64,000 bases of DNA from Desulfobacterales bacterium (GTDB lineage: Bacteria; Desulfobacterota; Desulfobacteria; Desulfobacterales; UBA2174): the NCBI GenBank assembly GCA_963668645.2, contig CAXXWC010000001.1, positions 416,001-480,000 of the forward strand, written 5' to 3'. The position numbers and the translations under genes were made by a program. Shown one piece after another: positions 50,273-58,271 of this stretch. Each line of letters starts with the position of its first letter. The first letter of the stretch is position 1. The notes under the pieces are model-generated. The model was not told the DNA's origin. It did no database searches and was given only the letters and a program-made list of their open reading frames with translations.

Positions 50273-51668
50273 AGTTCCGGCTCCATTCGGCGCCCAGCGC
50301 CTTGAGCAGGTGGACCCGATTGATCAGCATGGCCTGTTGCAGCATGATTTCGGTCTGCTGCAGGACCTGCAAATCGCTTACGGCTAAAAGAACCGCCAGA
50401 TATGACGCCTGCCCGTTGACAAGACTCAGTTTGGTTTTTTCCACCGTGTCCAGGGCGATAGCGATCTGGCGACGTAGCCGCGTGCATTCGTCGAGCAGGG
50501 CTTGTTCCCCGGCAAGGGCATCTTCCACCTCGCGGACCGCGATGCGCGCGGTCTGTTCGAATACGGCCAGCAGTTCGCGCGCTTCGGCCCGGCGCTGGTT
50601 GGCCGCCGCCGATAGGCGTCCTGCATCGAAGACGGGTGCCAGCAGGTCACCGGCGGCGCAGAAAACCGAACCATCGCCAAGGTGGGAAAGGCCGCTGCCG
50701 CTTTCTTGGTACGACAGTCCGACGGACAGGCTCGGCAGCCTGTCGGCCACGGCGGCCGCCGTTTGGTGGTCCGCGGCCTGCAACGCCAGCAGCGCCGCCC
50801 GTGCGTCCGGGCGAGCAGCCAGCAGTTGATGTGGGGTGGGCAGCGCCAGCAGCGGTTCAAGGACGGGCCATACGTCTTGCGGCAGATCGCCGCCGTCGGG
50901 AAAACGCCCGGCCAGCACGGCGTAGGCATCGGCCGCCCGGCGCTTTTCCGCGGTCACGGCCGGCAGGGTCCGCTCGCTCGCGGCCAGCCGCCCGCGCTGC
51001 TGCAAAACCGCCAGGGCGCTGCCCTGTCCCTGGGCGCAACGCAACTCGGTCAGGGACAATAACTGTGCGTTGGTTTTTCGCTGCGCGGCCAGTACCCGTT
51101 CCAGCCTGCGCGCCGCATGGTGAGCGATCCAGCTTTCCACCAGCAGGCTCTGCAAATCAAGGGCCGTCTGATCGGCCAAAGCCCGCTGCTCGGCGAGCGA
51201 TAGGGCCGCCGCCCGTTTCCTGGCCCTGAGGCGCCCCCAGAGATCCGGCTCCCAGTGCAGGGCCGCCTGGAAAGCGATGGTGTTGCGGGCAGTGATGGCG
51301 TCATCCTCATCGTCGTCCCTAATCCGCGAACGGTCCAGGTCCACCTGCCCGTCCAGTGCCGGGATCAGCGCCGATTTTACGATGCCGTAGGCGCAGGCAG
51401 CCTGCGCCACACGGGCACGGGCCGCCTCCAGCTCGAAATTTTCTTCGAGCAGCGACCGGACATCGGCCCTGAGATGTTCCGAAGCAAAGCTTTCTTGCCA
51501 GAAAATGGACATCGCCGGAGCTGTCGCCCCGTTGCCGAACCGCCCGGGCAGCGCTGCGGGAATGTCGCCGCGTTGCCGGACAGAAAACGCCGTACAGGCG
51601 CAAAGTGCCAGAGCGCACCCCAGAAGCCAGCCATGCCTTTTCCATCTGCGGCGTGTCGTCCCTGCCAT
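50259..51668 (-). CDS. TolC/OprM-family outer membrane efflux lipoprotein
   Basis: Lipobox LCAC, N.EL..A.ARV.QA, WEPDLWGR, RPD..A, L..ALG..W. Confidence 0.92.
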   Translation of the reverse strand: MAGTTRRRWKRHGWLLGCALALCACTAFSVRQRGDIPAALPGRFGNGATAPAMSIFWQESFASEHLRADVRSLLEENFELEAARARVAQAACAYGIVKSALIPALDGQVDLDRSRIRDDDEDDAITARNTIAFQAALHWEPDLWGRLRARKRAAALSLAEQRALADQTALDLQSLLVESWIAHHAARRLERVLAAQRKTNAQLLSLTELRCAQGQGSALAVLQQRGRLAASERTLPAVTAEKRRAADAYAVLAGRFPDGGDLPQDVWPVLEPLLALPTPHQLLAARPDARAALLALQAADHQTAAAVADRLPSLSVGLSYQESGSGLSHLGDGSVFCAAGDLLAPVFDAGRLSAAANQRRAEARELLAVFEQTARIAVREVEDALAGEQALLDECTRLRRQIAIALDTVEKTKLSLVNGQASYLAVLLAVSDLQVLQQTEIMLQQAMLINRVHLLKALGAEWSRNCEAF

Positions 51669-51748
51669 GATCCGCTCGTCCCGACCGACCTTCTCCTTGT
51701 TCGAAACCGTCCGCCAGTTCTCCGCCTGCAATCGCTCTGGTTAACCGG

Positions 51749-52723
51749 TTAAAAGGTGTACATCACCCCCAGGACCCCGTGGATCGCATAGTCTTCGTCC
51801 ACCAGCGGGCTGTCGGTGATGTCGCTGCCGAACATGTCGATCCCGAATATGCCCACGATGGTCACATCTCCGAAAACAGGCCGCTGAGCCATGAGTTGTG
51901 CCCCGATCGCAAAGGATGATCCGGGTGAATAGGCCAGACGGTTCGGGCGCATTTCCACTGCCGATACCCCGTAAAGATAGTCGATCGTCTTTTCGCTCAT
52001 CCAGGTGAGGTGCAGCTCTGGATGCCATTCAAAGCCGGCGGCCGTCCACGGATACCCCAGAGACAGTTCCACCTGCTGGCCATCGTGTTCACCACTGATA
52101 TCCTGGAGTATCTTCAGGCCGACTTCCCATCCCGCGTACTCCCCTTCCATCCCCAGTCCGGCCCAGTACAACGGGTCGAGTTCGTCCATGCCTTTGAGAA
52201 AATCGCTGTCGTCCCGGTCGTACCCCTCCTCTGGCGCAATGGCGCCGATCACGCCGGCCGAGAACCGTTCGGTTCGGTAGAAGGCGAAACGCGCTTCGAT
52301 GCCGCTGGTCGCCTGGATCTCCAACGGTCCGTTCTCGTACATGAAAAACAGGGCCGGTTGATATTCCGTATCCACCCCCCGGTAGATGTCCTGTTCTACG
52401 GCAAGCCCCAATCCGAGCGACAACTCGCCGCCGATCCATGGCAGGCCTTTTTCCTTTTCGACGCTCAGAATGTCCCCGCCCGGCGAGATGATAACCTCAT
52501 AGTCGCCCCCCTCCCTGGAAGTGACCTCGACTTCGGTCACCTCCCGGCCATGCCACAGGTCCTCGCGTACTTCCGTTATGGTGGCCCCGGGGAGCCGCTT
52601 GGCGATCGCCCGGCGGACGATCTGCGGCACTTCGCCGGCCCGGACCCCGGATATGGTCCCCAGAAACAGACCGAGTCCCAGCACCAACATCGTTTTCCAT
52701 TGCGCCGATATGACCCGAACCAT
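51749..52723 (-). CDS. MipA/OmpV-family beta-barrel with an N-terminal PepSY-like domain
   Basis: Signal peptide; VP..V...I....PGA.I.E...YEV.I...G.IL; YRG.D, DYLYGVS, SDITDSPLVD; C-terminal YTF. Confidence 0.85.
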   Translation of the reverse strand: MVRVISAQWKTMLVLGLGLFLGTISGVRAGEVPQIVRRAIAKRLPGATITEVREDLWHGREVTEVEVTSREGGDYEVIISPGGDILSVEKEKGLPWIGGELSLGLGLAVEQDIYRGVDTEYQPALFFMYENGPLEIQATSGIEARFAFYRTERFSAGVIGAIAPEEGYDRDDSDFLKGMDELDPLYWAGLGMEGEYAGWEVGLKILQDISGEHDGQQVELSLGYPWTAAGFEWHPELHLTWMSEKTIDYLYGVSAVEMRPNRLAYSPGSSFAIGAQLMAQRPVFGDVTIVGIFGIDMFGSDITDSPLVDEDYAIHGVLGVMYTF

Positions 52724-52913
52724 TTTGCCTCTCCTTTTTCTCCTTTGGGGTTTTGGATTGACGGACGTGGCCACCGCCTTTTTCCGGTCACCTCCGGATT
52801 CCCGGCGTTACGGCGGCAGCGGCCAGCGCCTTGGGCCGGACGTCGAAACCGGCGCGCATCCTGGCCGGTCATCATAGTGCCTTCGACGTGGGAACAGAGA
52901 TAGCAAAGCGGTT

Positions 52914-52929
52914 GTGAAAAAAACGTCGG
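52914..52929 (-). promoter_or_regulatory. ColR-box-like operator upstream of the mipA-RND operon
   Basis: Minus strand CCGACGTTTTTTTCAC fits the Pseudomonas ColR consensus as I recall it (YYNASNNYTTTTTSAC); weaker copy at 52937-52952. Confidence 0.55.
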
Positions 52930-53102
52930 AAAAGGATCAAAACGGTGTGAAAAGCGTATGCGCAAACAGCGCTTTTCTGATGTGGGAAAAATTTCGCTGA
53001 TTCACTCCAGAGGCAAAATGAATGTGCAACGTGCTCGCGGGCGGCAGAACGGTCGCCCACGGCTATCTTCCGGAAAAAAAATCAGTGGATGAGATTTTCT
53101 TT

Positions 53103-54429
53103 CTGAAGTTTCCCAGTTTTTTCGGTCGGGCAGCCGACCGGCATCGTCAGACTCCTGAACGCACTGAGTGATAACTCGACGCAAATCAAAAACCTTTGTA
53201 AAAACAAGCAATTAGAAAAAAATCGGCAGCCTCGCAACCTGCTGAAATTATTAGATATATCGAACCGCTGTTTTTGCTGAAAAGATGCTTTATGCAATTA
53301 TATCAGATGTTTAAACTTGAATGCGAGGCCCGATCATGGTATGTTTGTTCAGCCAAAACCAACAATACCGTGCAAGGAACCTCGCATGCTCATCTTACAC
53401 GACATCCTCGCAAAGCTCAAAGATCAATTCGCCGATTCCCGAAAAGCCGACGAACGAGGCATCTGGTTCATCTACACCATCGTGGCGATCATCATCCCGT
53501 TTACCGGCTCGAAAACATCCAATATCCGCCGATGCCTCACAACTCTTTTCGGCTTCCGACACATTGCCAAAAAACGCTTCTACACCTTCATGGCCTCACC
53601 GAAGGTCCCCTGGCAGCGGCTGTGGTCTGCACTCTGGAACATGATCCCCGAGCCGTTACCCAAGGCCGGTTGCTGCTAGCCCTGGACGACTACATAAACC
53701 CCAAAACGGGGCGCAAGATTTTCGCGTGCGCCAAGACCTTCGACCATGCCGCCAAGCAAAACCAGACCCAATACCCCTGGGCCCAGAACGTTGTGGCCGT
53801 CGGCCTGTTGAAGATCATAAAGGGGCGCTGGGCTTGTCTGCCGCTGAGCTGGCGGTTCTATCATTTGAAAACGAACATCTTTGAAGATCAACCGGGCGCA
53901 AAACCGGGTCAGGATCGAATTTGAGACCAAACTCGACCAGGCCGTGTCCATGATCGGCCGGATCGCCACAGTGTTTAGTCACGCTCACGTTACAGTGGTT
54001 GCCGACTCGTGGTTCGGCAATAACGGCCTTTACCGGCCGCTGCACAAAAGTCTTGGCCCGCGCTTGAGCCTGATATCGCGACTGCGTTCCAACAGCAACG
54101 TCTTCGCCCAGCCCGGGCAACGTCAGAAAAAGACGCGCGGAAGACCCGCCAAGTATGGTAAAAAGCTGGGCGCGGCATCGATGCTGGCCGAACAGTTCAG
54201 GCCGCTTGCCCGCTCGTACGAGGTCAACCTCTACGGCCGGGTGCGAACCGTTAGCGCCTATGAGCGCCAAGTGATGCTCAAAACGACCAAATGCGCGGTC
54301 AAGGTGGTATGGGTCTATCGGGCCAACCACTACGTGGCCCTGTTTTCAACCGACACAAGCCTTGGCGTCCAACAGATCATCGAGTACTATGGCGCCAGGT
54401 GAAAAATCGAAGCGGCTTTCAAAGAGCTC
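53103..54429 (+). mobile_element. degenerate IS (IS701/IS4-like DDE) element, 3'-truncated
   Basis: Candidate left end CTGAAGTTTCCCAG at 53103; transposase pieces in three segments; sequence switches to intron RNA at about 54430. Confidence 0.75.
53386..54429 (+). pseudogene. DDE transposase pseudogene
   Basis: LALDD, ADSWFG, YYGAR*KIE..FKEL; two frameshifts (about 53657 and 53880) and a TGA stop where W is expected at 54400. Confidence 0.88.
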
Positions 54430-54950
54430 TGATGCTGGTACAGTTTCGAAATGCAACTTACGGACGCTGAGGGTTTTAACGTGCGCCGAAGGCAACACAG
54501 AAGCATTCGTTAGTGGCGAGAATGTGGAGGTCCGCCGGAGTCATCAGGCCGTGGCATGCAGGAAGAGATGCGTTGGAGAACTCGGGAAGCCCCAAAGGTT
54601 CCAGGGAAAAGGACGAATGGTTCACTAAAGTGCTGAAATGCTGAGCCCAAAAACCTGGTGGGGGGAAGTCGGCCATCCGATGGGCCTCTACATGCTGATG
54701 GGGTGTCTTATCAGGCATACTACTCGGAGGTGGGGAAAGCCCACTACATGTGGAAGGACCTGACGGAAGTACGTAGCCCGCAAAGGGAACTCGTACCGGA
54801 CAATGTAGGGCTGGGCGAATACGAGCAAACCTCACTGCGGGGAATAGCAATCTTACGCGAAAGCGAGTACAACCGAGGAACCGGATGCGGGAAAACCGCA
54901 CGTCCGGGTCTGTGCGGGGGGCACTGGGTAACCGGAGTTCCTACCGCGAG
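54430..54950 (+). mobile_element. group II intron remnant (5'-truncated, RT ORF deleted)
   Basis: DI-like CCGAAGGCAACA and GGAGAACTCGGGAAG; IEP-start-like QTSLRGIA directly followed by DV GAACCGGATGCGGGAAAACCGCACGTCCGGGTC (54878-54910) and DVI ending CCTACCGCGAG. Confidence 0.88.
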
Positions 54951-54971
54951 ATACAAAGAGAGGTATTTCTA

Positions 54972-55604
54972 ATGTATGGAGTTCAGAATTTTGAATTGTT
55001 TTGCCTTTCGGCAATAATTCTAAGCGTTACGCCAGGACCTGATACTTTATATATTTTGGGAAGGACAATTTCTCAGGGAACTAGTTCGGGAATTGCATCT
55101 GTGCTCGGTGTAAGTACAGGAGTTCTTATTCACACCATTGCTGCAGCCGTTGGCCTTTCTACAATATTAGCCACTTCAGCTTTGGTATTCAAAATTATTA
55201 AATTAATTGGAGCCGCCTATCTGATTTACCTGGGAATTACACTGATCCTTGCGTCAAAGGATACTCATGCTTTAAACAAGAATAACTTAGCCTCAAGCAA
55301 TCTTTGGAAAATTTATAGACAGGGAGTTATAACAAATGTTCTTAATTCAAAAGTTGCACTGTTTTTCTTGTCATTTCTTCCTCAGTTTATAGATCCAAAT
55401 CATGGTAACGTAACCTCGTTTATTTTTCTTGGTATTACGTATGTTTTTACCTGTGCTATATGGTATTTAGTTGTCGCTGTTTTTTCTTCAGCAATAGCTA
55501 TGATTTTTCAAAAAAATACATTATGGATTCGCTCCATAAACAAAATTTCAGGTATTCTTTTTATTGGACTTGGTTTAAATCTGGCGTTTTCTAAAGCCGA
55601 TTGA
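54972..55604 (+). CDS. LysE/RhtB family translocator (gene cassette)
   Basis: TPGPD, GAAYLIYLG, G.ITNVLN.KVALFFL.FLPQF; AT-rich; followed by an attC site. Confidence 0.92.
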   Translation: MYGVQNFELFCLSAIILSVTPGPDTLYILGRTISQGTSSGIASVLGVSTGVLIHTIAAAVGLSTILATSALVFKIIKLIGAAYLIYLGITLILASKDTHALNKNNLASSNLWKIYRQGVITNVLNSKVALFFLSFLPQFIDPNHGNVTSFIFLGITYVFTCAIWYLVVAVFSSAIAMIFQKNTLWIRSINKISGILFIGLGLNLAFSKAD

Positions 55605-55651
55605 GCCATATCGGATATTACATAAAAACATAATGTTACTAATATCATTTT

Positions 55652-55722
55652 GTATAACCTGACGCTTCACCAGACAAAAGAACGCAGGCGCGTTTTTTTG
55701 TCTGGTGAGCTTACCGTTATAC
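55652..55722 (+). mobile_element. integron attC recombination site
   Basis: R'' GTATAAC and R' GTTATAC; inner palindrome TCACCAGACAAAA..AACGC / GCGTT..TTTTGTCTGGTGA; 71 bp. Confidence 0.85.
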
Positions 55723-55735
55723 AACAGGGTGAAAT

Positions 55736-56203
55736 ATGTCGCTGCTGATACAAGAAATTCCGACTACTGATGCGCCAATGAAACTTCTATTACTCGCGGA
55801 TCCTTCGGAGGTGAAGATTCGCTCCTATTTGCCAGAATCAAGGTGCTTTGTCGTCATGAGTAATGAGATTGTTATGGGTGCATGCGTAGTCAAGCCCCGA
55901 GGGGCTGGTGTGCATGAACTTATGAGTATCGCGGTACACCCAGATTATCAACAATCCGGCAATGGTACCGCACTTCTGAAATGGGTTATCGATTTCTTTC
56001 GGAGAACTGGCGCCAGCCAGTTGGAAGTGGGCACAGGTACATTTGGTTACCAACTTTCTTTTTACCAAAGGCAAGGCTTTCGGGTCACAAGCATTGACCG
56101 AGACTTTTTTCTTAAAAACTACGACGAGCCAATATTTGAAGATGGTATTCAGCTTATGGACATGTTGCGTCTCACCATTAGGTTTGACAACGATATTGTA
56201 TAA
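55736..56203 (+). CDS. GNAT family N-acetyltransferase (gene cassette)
   Basis: LLLLADPS, SIAVHP.YQ..G.GT.LL, VGTG, FYQ..GFR; starts 14 bp after the attC; stop codon lies within GTATAAC. Confidence 0.92.
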   Translation: MSLLIQEIPTTDAPMKLLLLADPSEVKIRSYLPESRCFVVMSNEIVMGACVVKPRGAGVHELMSIAVHPDYQQSGNGTALLKWVIDFFRRTGASQLEVGTGTFGYQLSFYQRQGFRVTSIDRDFFLKNYDEPIFEDGIQLMDMLRLTIRFDNDIV

Positions 56204-56245
56204 CAAGGCTTTTGCTCGCGCCCAGCGAAGCCCGAATCGTTGGGA
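56198..56245 (+). mobile_element. degenerate (internally deleted) attC site
   Basis: R'' GTATAAC, complementary to the cassette's 5' core, and a candidate R' GTTGGGA only 48 bp apart; inner palindrome incomplete. Confidence 0.5.
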
Positions 56246-56276
56246 AGCTCCATAAGGAGGTGAAATTTGATATTGT

Positions 56277-56660
56277 TGATGCTCTCGTAAAAAAGTCGAC
56301 GTTCGAATCAAGCCTGGTTATGAACATATGTTCGTAACATGAGCCTCCCGGCGATCCGAGAAGTAGTTGAACCGAAAAAGCCGCCGATTCGCTCTTTGAA
56401 AAGTCGAAAAACACGGAAAAGACCCCGGTTACGGTCGGGATTGGCCCCTTTAGCCCGCATTCGGGCATGGCGGGCCCCCAGAGCCCGGGCAAGGTTGACC
56501 GCCGTGGCCTTCATGACCGCAGCGAAGCGTACCGCTTTTTTGCCTCGCACCCTGAGTCGTTTGACGCCCGTTATCCGGTCGTATTGGCTCATGGTCGCCT
56601 CGACCCCGGCGCGCCAGCGGTACTTTTGCCGGAACGCTTCGGTCTGCTCATGCTGCAGAT
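56277..56660 (-). mobile_element. IS1182-like transposase 3' remnant with terminal inverted repeat
   Basis: Minus strand FRQKYRWRAGVEATMSQ...G..RLRVRG..AV; end motif TGATGCTCTCGTAAAAAAGTC at 56277. Confidence 0.75.
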
Positions 56661-57075
56661 GTCGATGTTATTATTCCTAAACAAATTGTCGCATGTCGAA
56701 TTTTTTGAGGCTGCAAAGTTTTGGATGAACGCATGGATAACTCTATCAATAGCGTTTCTGACACTGTTTACAGTGGCGTTAACAGGTATGTGTATGATTG
56801 ATCGAGAAAGGTATGGATGGAGTGCAATACCTGGTTACCTCGTAAAAAGCCCGATTTGCCTTTCGTACGTCATTCCTGTGAAAGCAGGAATCCCGTAATT
56901 ACAGAGGCTTTTGGATGCCGGATCAAGTCCGGCATGACGGTTTCCGGACTTTTTACGAAAGCATCAATACCTGAAGAGACTCAAATACTTGCTATTCTAT
57001 ATTCAATAAGTGCTATCTGGATGTTGGCAGCTGGCTTCCTGTGGTGGCCCAGCATGAATCGCTCGCTCATCCGTA
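56657..57075 (+). pseudogene. AT-rich membrane protein gene fragment split by a MITE
   Basis: Removing the MITE and one ATACC copy joins ...RYGWSAIP to EETQILAILYSISAIWMLAAGFLWW in frame. Confidence 0.6.
56832..56966. mobile_element. MITE-like element with REP-like inner palindromes
   Basis: TCGTAAAAAG..C / GACTTTTTACGA terminal repeats; ATACC duplicated at 56827-56831 and 56967-56971; inner ATGCCGGA/TCCGGCAT and ATTCCTG/CAGGAAT hairpins. Confidence 0.8.
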
Positions 57076-57085
57076 GGATTTTCGA

Positions 57086-58204
57086 CTACTCCGGCTCGCT
57101 ACCGTCCTCTTCATGATCGGCATACTTCAAGGCAATCTGATGAAATTCATCGTGCAACGCCTTGAATGCTTCCAGGATATCCGGATCGAAATGATCCGGC
57201 TCCACCCGGCCGTCGCCTTCGGTAATGATCTCAACCGCTTTTGGGTGGGGGTAAGGGGGCTTGTAAACGCGCCGGCTGATCAGTGCATCGTAGACGTCGG
57301 CCATGGCCACCAACCGCCCGGGCAGGGGTATCTCCTCTCCTTTCAGCCCATCGGGATATCCCGAGCCGTCCCATTTTTCGTGGTGGCTGTGGGCGATCTC
57401 CTTGCCGACCTGAAGGAAAGTCGACCCTCCCCCGTTTGCACCCAGTGCTTTTTCGGCCCGCATCAACGCGTCTCGGCCGTAAATGGTATGTCTCTTCATT
57501 TCCTCGAACTCTTCTTTATTCAGAGGTCCGGGTTTGAGCAGGATGCTGTCCGGTACCCCCACCTTGCCGATGTCGTGCAGGGGAGTGGACTTGAAAAGAA
57601 GCTCGATCATCTCCTCGTCCAGATATTCCCTGAATTTGGGCTTTGATGCCAGATGCCTGGCAAGGGCGCGGACATAATGCTTGGTGCGCATGATGTGGGC
57701 GCCGGTCTCGTTGTCACGATACTCGGCCAGCACCGCCAGCCCGAGAATCGTCACATCTCGGGTGTAGACGAGTTCTTTGGTCCGCTGGCGCACCTTTTCT
57801 TCCAACACACGATTCTGGTTGTGCATCGCCAGGTGGGTCTCCACACGGGCCTTGACCAGTGGCGGGCTTATGGGCTTGGTGATGTAATCGGCGCAGCCTG
57901 CTGCGAAGCCTCTTGATTCATCCTCGATTTCATCTTTTGCGGTAACGAAGATCACCGGTATCTGTTTGGTGTCGGCCCGTGACTTCAACTGCTGGCACAC
58001 CTCGTAGCCGTTCATTTCGGGCATCATGACGTCCAGAAGGATCAAATCCGGCGGATCGTTACCGGTGGCGATCCTCAACGCCCGCTCACCGTTGATGGCC
58101 GCCTTTATCCTATAGTCGCTGCCCAGGATACCAACCAAGACATCTATGTTTTGAGCGTTGTCATCCACGACAAGTATCGTCTGCTTTTCAAGTTGTCCCG
58201 GCAT
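57086..58204 (-). CDS. REC + HD-GYP cyclic dinucleotide phosphodiesterase (RpfG-like)
   Basis: ILVVDD, LLDVMMP, ETGAHI.R, LHDIGK, HHEKWDGSGYP, ADVYDAL..R.YK. Confidence 0.95.
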   Translation of the reverse strand: MPGQLEKQTILVVDDNAQNIDVLVGILGSDYRIKAAINGERALRIATGNDPPDLILLDVMMPEMNGYEVCQQLKSRADTKQIPVIFVTAKDEIEDESRGFAAGCADYITKPISPPLVKARVETHLAMHNQNRVLEEKVRQRTKELVYTRDVTILGLAVLAEYRDNETGAHIMRTKHYVRALARHLASKPKFREYLDEEMIELLFKSTPLHDIGKVGVPDSILLKPGPLNKEEFEEMKRHTIYGRDALMRAEKALGANGGGSTFLQVGKEIAHSHHEKWDGSGYPDGLKGEEIPLPGRLVAMADVYDALISRRVYKPPYPHPKAVEIITEGDGRVEPDHFDPDILEAFKALHDEFHQIALKYADHEEDGSEPE

Positions 58205-58271
58205 GGCCGCTCCTTTAAAAAATTTCGGATCCCACCGGATGGGCTTCGGTTTTTGAATCAAACGGCTCAAT

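Noticed and set aside
54481..54486. GTGCG as the 5' splice site of the group II intron
   Set aside because: It directly precedes CCGAAGGCAACA, an internal domain I motif, so the true 5' end appears to be deleted
54885..54971. N-terminal extension MRENRTSGSVRG of the LysE ORF
   Set aside because: This is translated intron DV/DVI; the real start is ATG 54972 with its own RBS
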